Of a stretch of 64,000 bases of DNA, positions 1-11,458 are shown piece by piece. Position 1 is the first letter of the stretch, and every line of letters starts with the position of its first letter. The stretch is from Lepidodermella squamata (lineage: Eukaryota; Animalia; Gastrotricha), in assembly GCA_047495785.1 (NCBI GenBank), contig JBLDXI010000036.1, positions 682,001-746,000 of the forward strand, written 5' to 3'. Position numbers and translations under genes: made by a program. The notes under the pieces were generated by a model. It saw only the letters and a list, made by a program, of their open reading frames with translations, searched no databases and was not told the DNA's origin.

Positions 1-3000
1 TCCGAAACACCATCAACCGAAACCGATTAATTAATCAATCAAATTATTTTATTTTATTTTTTTAACGACAACCGAGGCATTCGATTCTTCAATTCCGGGC
101 CATATTTGACTGCAACCTATTTTCATGAGATATAGGTAACTAGAGAAACCCTATTGAATGGTAGATGCCCAATGTTCACAGAGCAAACCTATTATTGACG
201 AAACGCCCTTGACAATGTCAAAAACTTTCTAAATTGTCGACAAATATCGCACTCTCATTTCAATGGTATAGCCGATTCGCGCCGATATTTTTTATGATGC
301 TAATGCTTAGAGCACTGATGCTGGCCATTTCGGGACCAGGCTGATCATTGTAGCCCTCTTTTTTATGGTGCTATTCATCGCGCGGCAAAACTTGGGATGG
401 GCATTTTTAAAGAATGCGTACTCCCACTATTAGCATTGTCACTTCGAATTTCGACCCATATGCCATCCTTGTGCACGAGATTGATGGCTCCAATCCTATA
501 TACAGAAAAATACGACTAAGCACGACCTGCAAGCTATCATAGTAGCGAAGTTATAGGGCTGGCTGGACTGGCTGGCTGGCTGGCTGGCTGTGACGCGGTG
601 CCAGGTATATGCTAGAAGCTACATATCAATCTGGCATGAAAAATAAGCAAAATAAGCAAAATAAGCTTGAAAGAATACAGTTTACAGTTAAGATTCAAGC
701 TGTAACGCCTATAAAGTGTATTACCACCTAGTGGTAAGAGCTGAAAAAAGCACATGATCGGGGAATTCGACGTGCGGAATCAATGGATGCTACCTGGTAG
801 CCAATTTTTAATTCATCTTCCAGAGCAGCCACGCAGGAAGAACAGTAAATTCGTAGGAAATTTCACCAGCATGGAAAATCGCGACTCAGTCACATCGAAA
901 TCAGGTTAGAACACTCGTTTACACAGTGAAACTCGTGTGAAACTCCGATTTCCTCTAACCGGTATGTTGCCTTCCCATCATTTAGTATTAGCTTAGGTAT
1001 CTCAGTCATCTTCAATAAGCCGGCGGTTGTTTGCTGCTCTATCCGGCAATATAAAACTTGTCCAATAAATATTTTTTACCGATTTTCCGATTTTTTCATC
1101 TTGGTAAAATTCTCTTGTTGTTAGATCTCCTTCAACTAAAAAACACGTTCTACCGCGCCTCATATAGGCACAAAACTATGAGTGCTACGACGATGGGCGT
1201 AGTCTCGTTCGATTCCTCGCATTGTTCTGCACAGGATGGTTGCAATTAATCTTGCGCACAAATATTGCATACAGGTCAAAAATGCAAGTGAGTGCGCGCA
1301 CTGAAAATATGGCTATCCAAGTTTTACCGCGCGATGAATATCGTCATAAATACGGCGGCCACAGAGACCAGCCTGGTCTCAAAATTGTTAGCTGAATATG
1401 CTGTATATGTTAGAATCATTAATATATCAGCGCAACTTCGGTGAATGAAAAAATGCGAGTGCAAAGTTGGCCAACAAAATTATGAAAATTTGACTTGACA
1501 AATGGTGTGGCGTCAAATGGGTGCGTCCTGTGAAAGTGGGGCTTGGGCCAGTTCAAGGCGCGCCTTGAGTTACCTATTTCTCATGAATATTCGTAATTGA
1601 AGTCGCAGTTAAATTACACCCAGAATTAAATAATCGAAATTAGAAAATTTACTCACTTTGTTTTTTATCTCATATTATACCGCGTGGCCTATTGGCAAAA
1701 CGCTGTGATAGGTGTTGGCATGCGGTTTTCATCTCTCGAAAGCCCGTCATATTCTGTAATTGACATGGTTATTTTATTAAACCGGGACTATTCCTAATCG
1801 TCGTGAAATGATTCTCAAAAACGTCGAAATTTCGACATTTTAAGGTGGATCGACCGCACCTCCTATAGACAAAAAACTATGAGGGCTACGACGATGGGCC
1901 TAGTGTCGTTCGATTCGTCTTGAAATTCTACGTCGGCCTGTATAATGTCTATGTGCGCACAAAACTGCTACGCGTGTCGAAAATTTAGCAGAAAACGGCT
2001 CTGAGTGAGTGTGTGAGCGCCGCCGCGCACTAAAAATTGGTTGAGAACGCGATTTGCCGCGCCTTCTATTGCTCGACAACCATAAGCGCTACGATTATGC
2101 GGTTGGGCTCTAAAAATTCAGCGCAAAATTTGCTACATTCTAGGTGTATTCAAACATGAGCGCTACCAGGGTGAGATGTCAAAACAATTGGCGAAACTCG
2201 AAAAAATATAAAATTTGATTTTCACTAAAAATAAATCGCGCGCCAAACTGCTTTAGTCAAAGGAAATCTTGCGAATCTCGCAGCGGTTTTGGTACCAACA
2301 AATCGGCCATATTTTCTACTATCTAAAAAACCGACTTTGTCAAGACAGATTCCGCACCTATCAGGGTGTCACACGCGCCCTGAAAATTTCACACACCGGG
2401 TAAAACGACCAGCCTGGTCTCAAAATGGCCAGCGGACTTTGCTCTAAGCGTTGGCATCATAAAGGTATTAGCGCGAAGCAGCCATACCGCTGAAATGAGA
2501 GTGGAAAGTAAGTTGACAATTTAAAAAAATTTGACTTTGTCAAGGGCGGTTCGTCAAATGGGTGTGCCCTGTGAACATGTGGCGTCTACCATACAATAGA
2601 GCGTCTCAAGTTACCTCTATCTCATGATTATTCGTCACTGAAGTTGCGGGTAAATATGACCTGGATTTGTAGAAGCGAAATTTCGAGATTTACCAATTGT
2701 GTTTTTTTATCTCATATTTTACCGCTCGGCTTATTGGCAAAAAACTGTGAGAGGCATCGACATGCGGTTTTCACGGTTCGAAAGCCCGTCGAATGTTGTA
2801 CTAGAAATGGTTGTTATGTTTCACCGGGTCTCTTCCAAACCGTCGCGAAAAAATTCACAAAAACAACGAAATTTCAAAATTTTAAGGTGGATCGACCGCG
2901 CCTCCTATAGGCACAAAACCATGAGGGCTACGACGATGATCTTAGGCTTGTTCGATTCGTCATGAAATTCTACGTCGACCAGTGTTATTTTGATATGCGC

Positions 3001-3445
3001 ACAGAACTGCTGCATGTGTCCAAAATTTGACAGAAACAGACTCTCAGTGAGTGTGTGAGCGCCGCCGCGCACTAAAAATAGGCTTAAAAACGCGATTTAC
3101 CGCGCCTCCTATAGTAAAACAACCATGAGGGCTGTGATTACGAGGATGGTCTCTAAAAATTCAGCGCAAAATTTGCTACAATCTCGGTGCATTCAAATAC
3201 GAGCGCTACCAGGATGAGGTGTCAACAAAATTGACGAAACTCGAAAAAATTGAAATTTTAATTTTCACTAAAAATCAATCGCGCGCTAAACGCTCTAGTC
3301 AAAGGAAATCTGTCGAATCTCGCGGCGGTTTTGGTACCAAAAAATCGGCCGTCCTTTCTTGTATCTAACAATCTGACTTTGTCACGACAAATTATGCACC
3401 TATCTGGGTGTCACACGCGCCTTGAAAATTTCACACACAGTGAGT
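1..3445. repeat. Complex non-coding repeat: ~1.04-kb degenerate tandem duplication (~1365-2405 vs ~2406-3445) plus an inverted partial copy (~1-345) and a (GGCT)n microsatellite at ~557-590
   Basis: Matching blocks lie ~1040 bp apart (gaccagcctggtctcaaaat at 1366/2407; taaggtggatcgaccgc at 1841/2883). Positions 90-225 are the reverse complement of ~2530-2670. The subrepeat accgcgcctcNtatagg...gctacga recurs about 5 times. No credible ORF. Confidence 0.7.
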
Positions 3446-4011
3446 GAGCGCCACTTTTTCATGTACGCGCAACTTGTGAATTCGATAGAAAATCAACCGT
3501 TTATCGCCTATCAACAAAATTTAGACTGTTCGATGCAGAATTTTCCGTAGAATGTCACTGATGCAGCCCTCCCCCAGGGAGGGCCGCCAAACTGGTTTTA
3601 TATTAAAATTTCGAAGAGACGCACAGCAACGACCCGGCTCTTGCGTGTGAGGTAATTAACCTCGGTCATGAGGGTGCCGGTAACCGTGACCCAGACGGCG
3701 GCGTAAGCAGCTCATGAATATTAATGAGCAGTTGGGTAGTTTTTTATGAATAAAAATTCGCCAAAAATTAACCGCCCGATGAAAACAGCTGGAAAGTTTT
3801 TATACAGAGGTTTAAAAAAAGATCTATCTACGACTTATTTTTCCATATTTTTATCGTGAAAATTCGTTCCCCTAGCTTCGTTTTTCGTCCAGCGCAAAAC
3901 GCCTCTACCATTGTCGCCTCGACCGGCGAAGTTGAGAGAGAGGCGCTGGACCTCCGGTTCAGGCTGCGGCTCCGCCGCTAGGGGAACCCTATCGGGTTGG
4001 TTCGCGCAATC

Positions 4012-4560
4012 ATTGAAAATCGTAGAAGCGGCATTCGCCAGTATTGCAATCTTTCGCCATTGGCCGACCTTTTTGATGAAATTCAGCCTAGGCATGGCTA
4101 CAGCCTCTCCCGATATGTGGGTGCGATAGAAATTAGGAAGCATTACCCGATTGGCGGTGAAAAAGGGAGATAGACAAGCTGAGGAAATAGCGACCAAATT
4201 CAAATGATGGGCAATTTGTGCCAGAGATTTGCAACCAGCAGTGTAGCCTCCAGCGAAAACGATGGGCGATTTTACTGAGCTATTTGCTGCTGGCTTCCTG
4301 TAGAATTCTATCACTCGCTGGGTTAGCAGAACACTTCCCGGCCCTTCGTCCTGGTTGAAGGCGACCAACTCGTAGCTAGGCAAGATATCGTTTCTTTTGT
4401 TGACCATTTCAATCATCAGCTCTTGAACATGTGGACAAATGTCACTAGCGGGGTCGGCGACCTGAACTGAGCTTGTGCCGAAAAATATCTCCAATTTGGT
4501 ACTTTCCCCATTTACCAAATATACCATTAATAAAACTGCTCGAAAAAATGAAGACTTCAT
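4012..4560 (-). pseudogene. 3'-truncated GABA-B-like class C GPCR fragment (copy 1; signal peptide plus start of Venus flytrap domain)
   Basis: About 183 aa are clearly paralogous to the downstream receptors (DPASDICPHVQ, RNDILPSYEL, GGYTAGCKSLAQ, WRKIAILANA). Similarity stops after STIFN. Confidence 0.85.
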
Positions 4561-5038
4561 TTTGCTTAAGGTAAATGCTGAAAGTCGCCCAAGAATCTTA
4601 TTTTATTGAGCTCCTCACTATGAACCTGGATGCGCAGACGCAAGAGGGTGTCGGTGTAACTGACACCGCGGAGCCTAATTACTTATCCCAATGTGAATTG
4701 CAGTAAGACTTTGGGTAGATGCTTACATTTCGTCAGATTATATCAGTATATATCCATCCAAAATATGCGTATGCATAATTTGCAATCGAGGGGGTTAGTT
4801 GAGCAGTGGGCGATTATTCCCCTCTGACAACGGAACACCATCACGTACTACGTGATTGTGATATGTCAAAATGACAGAATAGATGACCTCAAAGAAGTGA
4901 CAGTATAGCAGATACATAGTGGCGTCATCGGATAACGTTAGCGTGGGCAACAGCAAGCCTAGCATTCAGGCAGGGCTCCTCAACGCATGATCAGTGACGA
5001 CCCTACAAAAGCCAAATTAGTACCAGGTTGCGACCAAT

Positions 5039-5268
5039 CAGTGGCGTAGACAGGGGGGGGGGGGGGGGTCCTGAAAGTGGTCTCCGGCTACAAATTTTCT
5101 GTGAACATTGCAACTTTTAACGCATTTTAAGGCTATTTTCAGCTTGAAAATGCCCGAAAAAGGTTTCGCTCGCAAATAGGTTTTCAGTTGTTTTTTAGAC
5201 CCCGAAATTTTCGAAGCCGCAGGTAAAAAAATTATCACCCCCAAAAATAAATCCTGGCTACGCCTCTG
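5039..5268. mobile_element. hAT-type MITE (230 bp)
   Basis: TIRs CAGTGGCGTAGACAGG / CCTGGCTACGCCTCTG. 8-bp TSD CGACCAAT at 5031-5038 and 5269-5276. Confidence 0.85.
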
Positions 5269-5969
5269 CGACCAATAGGTACATACCAAATATTTGGATT
5301 TCATAGTTTAGGAAACGACGCTCTGAATTCCAAAGTTTTCAAGATCCAAATTGATCTGATCACTTGTCTAGAATCTGCTGATCCCGGCAGTATTTTAATT
5401 GTACTACATATTAAAGTTGCCCGCGGCCGTAAATGTCCCTAATCGGCCGCAACACTCTCGGCGTCTTAAACAGGCCGCACTGCCGGAATATTTGTACATG
5501 TCACACAGCGTTCACGTCGTTCACGTCGCGGAAAATTTCGCACTTCTGAAAAAGTCTGAGAAGCCGTATAATCTGCATAATGAATCCGAGATTTCTGAAG
5601 GGTTCGGAAGCCAATGTATTTTCTGGGACCCAGACGAAGAAATCGTACAGTCCTCCCTCCTCTCTAGAGTTAGACGTCCCAAAGCTGCTGTGTCGTGATA
5701 GGATTCCGTTATATTAGATCACGCAGACCCGGAGGTGAAAGATGAGCTCTCGTTGTCTGCGTGTCAATTTTGTCTATTTCTAACAAACGTGTTAATGATT
5801 ATATGAATAGGTCGCAACAAAGTTCACATGTTTTCGGACATCTGAGGCTCTCTATTCGGGCTTTTCGAATTCTATAATTGACGTGATTGTGTACCCGTTG
5901 CTCAAAATATCCCACCTGTCGAACCTGAAAATATCCCAACTCAATTGGCAACAGCAGCAGCATAGCTGC

Positions 5970-6730
5970 TACAGTAGCGCCGGGGGAACCCATTTGACTC
6001 CTTTCTTTGAATTCCTAAACCTTCAAAAGTGTATTGTTTACACGTGGATAACATTGTTATTTATGAGTCGTTAGACGAGTAAACTCAAGAAAAAAGTTAC
6101 ATGTTACTTCATTAGCTGTTAGTTTCCTGTCGTATAACGAGATTGATATTACTTGATGAGCCAACACTACACTTTTCTTGTTCTGAGGCAACTATGGCCT
6201 TGGATCAAGCCTACTTCCGGATTTTGCTCGATCCAAGCAAAGGTGTCTTCGTCGACGATTTCCTCCACGCGCGTGGAAGTTAAACCTAAATTTCCATCAT
6301 TTCAAATCAACAGCGGCGACGTTGTTCAGGATTTGTTTCACACATAAAAGTTTAGGCCTATAGTCATACCGCACAAAAAGTAATCGGTGCTTCCGATCAC
6401 TGAGTAAGAGCGAACTCCATCAAAACGAGCGAACATATGAAAAATCGTTCTAAAGCCACATCCTATCACCTCCAGCCTCATTTGCTGGGATCGAGTCTAA
6501 TTCGGACCACAAAATTGTATCGTCGACAACAGACCATCGAAGCACATCGTTTCTGAACGAGCTGCCCTGCACGTAATACAAAGTTTGCCGCAGTTGAACT
6601 CGAAGCCACTTTTATTGAGTTTACTCGTCTAACGACTCATAAATAACAATTTTATCCACGTAATAGTGTAAACAATACACTGTTTGAATTCAGAGAAAGA
6701 TGTCAAATTGGTTCTCCCGGCGCTACTGTT
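5970..6730. repeat. Long imperfect inverted repeat (arms ~5970-6096 and ~6609-6730)
   Basis: ttgttatttatgagtcgttagacgagtaaactcaa pairs with ttgagtttactcgtctaacgactcataaataacaa; cagtagcgccggg pairs with cccggcgctactg. Confidence 0.7.
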
Positions 6731-7305
6731 GCCAATCAGTATCAGTCGAACCGTGCCGCAGGCGAAATCCGAAAGTAACCCACGTCCGACGTCGCTTTAC
6801 TGACTTATATGTCCTGAAAGGCAGTGCTGATTCACCGAAATAGCCCGACTGACGTACAGGCGATTGCGGAAAACAAGATCCTTCAAACTAATCGCCGCAA
6901 CACCCTCGTTGTGATTGCAATGAAGTTGTGCGAGGCAGCTCGTTCAGAAACCGTGTGCTTCAATGCTCCGGAGTCAACGATACACTTTCGTTAATCTCCC
7001 CACGGGGCTCTCTTGGACCGAATTCGTTCGTTGATTTGAGCGCATCACAATAATTTAGAGCACATCACAAAATGTCATTGAGTTCCAGCCTCGACCCTCG
7101 ACTAAGACTAAGAAAACACTAAATCTGCCATCGATTCGGACACTTGTTGATCGTTGATTAGAGACGGAGACATTTGTTGAAGTCTTTTACGAAAGTTTGC
7201 CGTGATCGCCTCGTAAAAATGCGGCAAAATTTGCATTATATACGTAAGGGGCAGTAGCTCGTTCGAAACCGTGTGCTCCGATGCTCCGGAGTCAATGATT
7301 TCCAC
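6520..7305. mobile_element. Decayed, rearranged Ty1/copia-like aspartic protease fragments
   Basis: IIDSGASEH (- strand, ~7300), IVDSGALKH (- strand, ~6980) and a degenerate + strand copy at ~6520-6565. DSGASxH is the copia protease motif. Confidence 0.4.
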
Positions 7306-8019
7306 TTTCGTGGCTCTGAGACCACGCCGTTATGACGCCGTGGTGCTCATACGGCAGCAGCAACGCAACAAGCCGACTTCCACGCGTCAACTTTCGGCCA
7401 CGACTGTCGAGGAAAACAACGTTAAAGCCTAATTGGTTAGGACCGAGTCTAATGCATCTTTACGAGGCCTTCACGGCAAAATTTCGTAAGACGGCATGAA
7501 CTTTGGCTACGGTTAACGGTTTGGTTCGTATCACGTGGGCTAGTATGATGTGATGTTCTTGTATGATGTGAGCGCTGGGTGAAGTGTGAACTCGCGAAAC
7601 TCGCGCCAATCGCGAAGCAAGAAGCAATTATTTTCCGTCCGTGCGCAAAGGTTTACCCGGCAATTTAAGGTTCCAGTGGCTAGTGGTTGGAATGACTTCT
7701 TTTTTGGCTCTGGAGTGATGTAGGCGGGTAGTCTTGGTTTGCACATTGCATTATATAGGCGTGTACGACGAGGCTTTCCTTTTCCTCGACATTCGGAGCC
7801 GCAATTCGGCGCGTAGAATGTAGGCGTGTACGTAGGCGTGTAGTCACATGGGTGCACAAGCAGTCACAAGCAGTGCACATGGGTGCATGGTGCATACATA
7901 CAAACAAAGAAACAAAGATGTCCACGACACGAATGGCGACAGTACGGGGGTTCCCCCGGCATATATCTCTCCTATCACTAAATTAACCGCTTTGATAGCA
8001 TAAAAATGCAGAGCATAAC

Positions 8020-9603
8020 AGTAGTAGGGGGGGAGGAAAAGTTAACGGTTTTTCCGATTTGAATTTTTCCCGCGCGACCTTGACCTTGACACAACTACAC
8101 GACCTCGATTTTGCTGACGACCTCGCTCTACTCGCTACCTGTGCGAAACATCTCCAACAAAAAACCAACAAACTCAAACAAACCGCAGAATACGTCGGTC
8201 TCCAGATAAATGTAGCGAAAACCAAGGTAATGCGAGTCAACCTGCCAGATATCGGTGACAGCCTGAAAATCGACAACGAGAAGCTGGAAGAGGTGCGTGA
8301 CTTCCAATACCTGGGAAGTGTCATAAGCCTAGACGGCACTGGTGTTGACATCAAACAGAGGCTAAAGAAAGCTAGAGCGGCATATGCAACCCTCAACAAC
8401 GTCTGGCGGTCAAAAGAACTCACCCGCAAAATCAAGATCCGCATATTCAACGCAATCGTTAAAGCAATCTTGTTATACGGAGCAGAATGCTGGCGATACA
8501 CAACCGCTGATTTCGCAAAACTCGATGCATTTTACAATCGCTGCCTACGCAGGATATGTGGCATCCACTGGCCGAAAGTCATCAGCAACTACGAATTGCA
8601 CCGGCTGGTTGGCTGTCGACCTCTATCTCAGGAGATCAGACTGCGGCGATTGAAATGGCTCGGGCATGTCCTTCGCATGAAGTACGATCGCATCCCAAAA
8701 GTGGCACTATACTGGCAGCCCATCGGCCAGAGGTTCCGGGGTCGACCGAAGACCACTTGGAGGACAACCGTACAAAAAGACCTCGAGTCGCTCAATCTCA
8801 GCTGGGCGGAGGCGCTTAAGTTAGCCAAACAACGAGAGACATGGCGGGAAAAAATTAATAACATCTAAAAACCTGCTCTATCTGAACTACCTATATTATC
8901 TGTTTTCTGTCTATGAACTACGAAAATATGTCGTGGGCTGTATGTCCCTCACGGGATTTGGCATTGAATGACCTTGACCTTGAGCTAACCCTAACCCTAA
9001 CCCTAACCCTAACCCTAAGCCTAGGGCTTAACCCTAACCCTAACCCTAGGGCTTAACCCTAATCCTTAACCCTAACCCTAATCGATAATCCCTAACCCTA
9101 GCCGATAACCGATATCGATCAACCGATATTGATTGATTTTGAATTAATTTCCCGCCAAAATAGGCGTAACCCTAACCCTAATCCTTAACACTATTCTTAG
9201 GGCTTAACCCTAATCCTTAACACTATTCCTAGGACTTAACCCTAACCCTAACCCTAACCCTAGGGCTTAACCCTAATCCTTAACCCTAACCCTAATCGAT
9301 AATCCCTAACCCTAGCCGATAACCGATATCGATCAACCGATATTGATTGATTTTGATTTAATTTCCCGCCAAAATAGGCGTAACCCTAACCCTAATCCTT
9401 AACACTATTCCTAGGGCTTAACCCTAATCGATAATTCCTAACCCTAGTCGATATCGATTGATTTTTCCAACGGAAAAATAATTTGAAATTTTCCCGCCAA
9501 AAACTATTTTACCGCCAAATTATGACCTTGACACACACACACAATATTCCCGCCAAAACCCTAGTCAAAATTTGAATTTTCCAAAATTCCAACGGTCACT
9601 CGC
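8020..9603 (+). repeat. Left terminal inverted repeat of the Polinton, interrupted by a LINE; contains (CCCTAA)n arrays
   Basis: 8020-8089 plus 8984-9603 are the reverse complement of 28830-30006. Inner boundary at ...ccaacggtcactcgc. Confidence 0.92.
8090..8969 (+). mobile_element. 5'-truncated non-LTR retrotransposon (RTE-like LINE; RT C-terminal part to 8868 plus 3' UTR) nested in the left TIR
   Basis: Motifs DLDFADDLALL, FQYLGSVI, LLYGAECW, RRLKWLGHVLRM, RGRPKTTW. 14-bp duplication GACCTTGACCTTGA at 8076-8089 and 8970-8983; the right TIR has only one copy. Confidence 0.92.
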
Positions 9604-9752
9604 GTCATCTAACGGTCACTCCTATTTTTGAATTTTATGTCACCTCGTACTGTCACTTGCATCGAAATGTAATGAAGTGTCATGGTAATAAAAACGAAAC
9701 ACGAAAATATAACGCTCTATTTATTTACACTCGAAATAATGGTAAACAGGAA

Positions 9753-10028
9753 TTATTCGGAATCAATATCAGAAAAGAGCAGAGGCGAAGGATGTGGTTG
9801 TGGTGGTGGAGTAACCGTCTCGTCGCACGAATAGTGATTAGGATCGTAGAATAGACATAGCATTGCCATTATTTCGTCACAGCGTAGTAGCAAATCTTGG
9901 CCGCGGCAGGTTAGGTTGCGACGAATGAGAGGCTCAGGCTGATCCATTAGGGTTATGAGCTCCTCACATTGCAGTTGTAAGTCTTGAACGCGATGAATAA
10001 CGTCCCGAAGTAAAAGTTGATCCGACAT
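9753..10028 (-). CDS. Small Polinton protein (91 aa) with two LxCxE motifs; candidate Rb/pocket-protein binder
   Basis: LQCEE and LRCDE lie in an internal repeat (RVQDLQLQCEELITLM / RGQDLLLRCDEIMAML), followed by YSCDE, a Pro-rich stretch and an acidic SDIDSE tail. AATAAA downstream on the - strand at ~9720. Confidence 0.65.
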   Translation of the reverse strand: MSDQLLLRDVIHRVQDLQLQCEELITLMDQPEPLIRRNLTCRGQDLLLRCDEIMAMLCLFYDPNHYSCDETVTPPPQPHPSPLLFSDIDSE

Positions 10029-10095
10029 TAATGATTAAAATGCAAGTGAAAATGAAAACGAAAACCGCGTAAATGAATCGGCGAGATCGACCTGC

Positions 10096-10488
10096 TCAGT
10101 AATAATGAGGCATGCGATGCCAAGCAAGGTCTGGCGGTAGATGAAGATCAGACTCGCGAGTTCGGGGAATCACTCGGTAATTTGAAGATTCACCAACTGG
10201 AGGTGGGTGAGGCGGAGACCAAGCGGCGACCTTTCTGGCTAGATCGGTCTTCTTGAAGGCGTCTAGGGGAACACCCGCTCGAGAAATGAGCTCAACAACA
10301 GAATTGTAATGAAGCTTGGCATCCGGAGAATGAGAACTGGGTGATTTCGCCACAACTTCGATCATGGAAGTCAAAGGAATGTTGACCAATTCGTTGCCAT
10401 CGCGAATCAACGTGATAGAGGACCCATCCGATGTCAAAGTATACGTGCCTGTAGACGGCTGAGATTGTAGATAAGATAGAACTGACAC
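10096..10488 (-). CDS. Uncharacterised Polinton ORF, possibly the C-terminal half of the 10493-10915 gene
   Basis: 130-aa frame with no ATG start, lying 4 bp after the upstream stop. Removing one base near 10496 would fuse the two frames (...FSAHRAVSVLSYL...). Confidence 0.5.
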   Translation of the reverse strand: MSVLSYLQSQPSTGTYTLTSDGSSITLIRDGNELVNIPLTSMIEVVAKSPSSHSPDAKLHYNSVVELISRAGVPLDAFKKTDLARKVAAWSPPHPPPVGESSNYRVIPRTRESDLHLPPDLAWHRMPHYY

Positions 10489-10492
10489 AGCT

Positions 10493-10915
10493 CTATGGAG
10501 CTGAGAATCCCAAATTGGAAAACCGAGATGTTACAAATGATTTAACATCGAAAGGTTCCACGACAGGAGACGGATCCGCAGGCGCAGGCGTAGTCGCAGG
10601 GGGAGCGGGAGCTACGGGGGCAGGCTTGGGAACCTCGGCAGTCAAAGCCGGCTTGATAAAACGCACGTAGTTTTGCTTCAGCCTCTCGAGCTCGCCAAAT
10701 ACATGATTGTAGTCTCGAGCAGTCTGGGAATGAACATCCGGCTGATTCAACATCTCAGTCATCTGACCTTCGAGCTCCTCAACCTTGTCGTAAAACGGGC
10801 CATCAAACAGCTTCTGCTTGGTGACAGCACGACGTTGCAGAGAGGAAGCTGCGGTCTTTGTCGAAACAGGTGTATCTTGCATGAGCACGAGCTTGCGGCT
10901 AAACTTTTCAACCAT
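10493..10915 (-). CDS. Uncharacterised Polinton protein (140 aa; helical N-terminus, Pro-rich linker)
   Basis: ATG at 10915 overlaps the end of the upstream core gene. SRKLVLM start resembles ORFs I recall following the core protein in other Polintons. Confidence 0.6.
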   Translation of the reverse strand: MVEKFSRKLVLMQDTPVSTKTAASSLQRRAVTKQKLFDGPFYDKVEELEGQMTEMLNQPDVHSQTARDYNHVFGELERLKQNYVRFIKPALTAEVPKPAPVAPAPPATTPAPADPSPVVEPFDVKSFVTSRFSNLGFSAP

Positions 10916-11288
10916 CACGTTTACGGAGCGACAGAATACCGTCAATAACCGAAGGTAGGATGCTACCAGCAGCTGAAATAAGGAGAGGAATAAGCGGACC
11001 GTTTCCGTGCTGAATAAGAACGGATCGACTACTCTCGGGCGTCTTGACCTTGGAAACGCGGTCAATGGTTGCTTTATATGATCGGAGCTTCTTAACGGTT
11101 TTTGAGTCTGCCGATAAATTTTGACGAATTAAATTCAAACAGATTTCCGTTAGCAAAACAATGACACGTGTCGGGGCCAATGCAAGTAACCGTCGTCGCT
11201 GTCCGGGAGGTGCCTGGGTAAGCAAGCGTAAGAAATCAAGAGTGCGCCGCCTCTTTGAAGTCACCGAATGAGCCACTTTTCGAACCAT
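10908..11288 (-). CDS. Basic Polinton virion core / membrane-active protein with a protease-cleavage-like QxGxG motif
   Basis: Pattern LxxL...R..LL..A...LTEICLNL...KLRSYK...QHGNGPLIPLL followed by an amphipathic tail is typical of small Polinton core proteins. TATATAAA ~40 bp upstream. Confidence 0.75.
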   Translation of the reverse strand: MVRKVAHSVTSKRRRTLDFLRLLTQAPPGQRRRLLALAPTRVIVLLTEICLNLIRQNLSADSKTVKKLRSYKATIDRVSKVKTPESSRSVLIQHGNGPLIPLLISAAGSILPSVIDGILSLRKRDG

Positions 11289-11458
11289 TAGTAGATGGTA
11301 ATAAAAATAAAACGGTCACTAGAAACGGTTTATATAGTAATAAATCAGCTAACGGTTCGAACCAATCCATGTGTATAAATATATGACTTGAATGCAATCG
11401 AGATATCAATTCCTACAATTGTATTTCATTGGTAGTAGTAGCATAACATATTGGGAAC

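Noticed and set aside
8059-8868. Reverse transcriptase (telomerase-like) as a native viral gene maintaining the TTAGGG arrays
   Set aside because: It is a 5'-truncated RTE-like fragment with its own duplication, present in only one TIR, and the ORF start is borrowed from TIR sequence.
8984-9450. True telomere or chromosome-fusion scar
   Set aside because: The arrays are mirrored inside TIRs of a TSD-flanked element, and host sequence continues on both sides.
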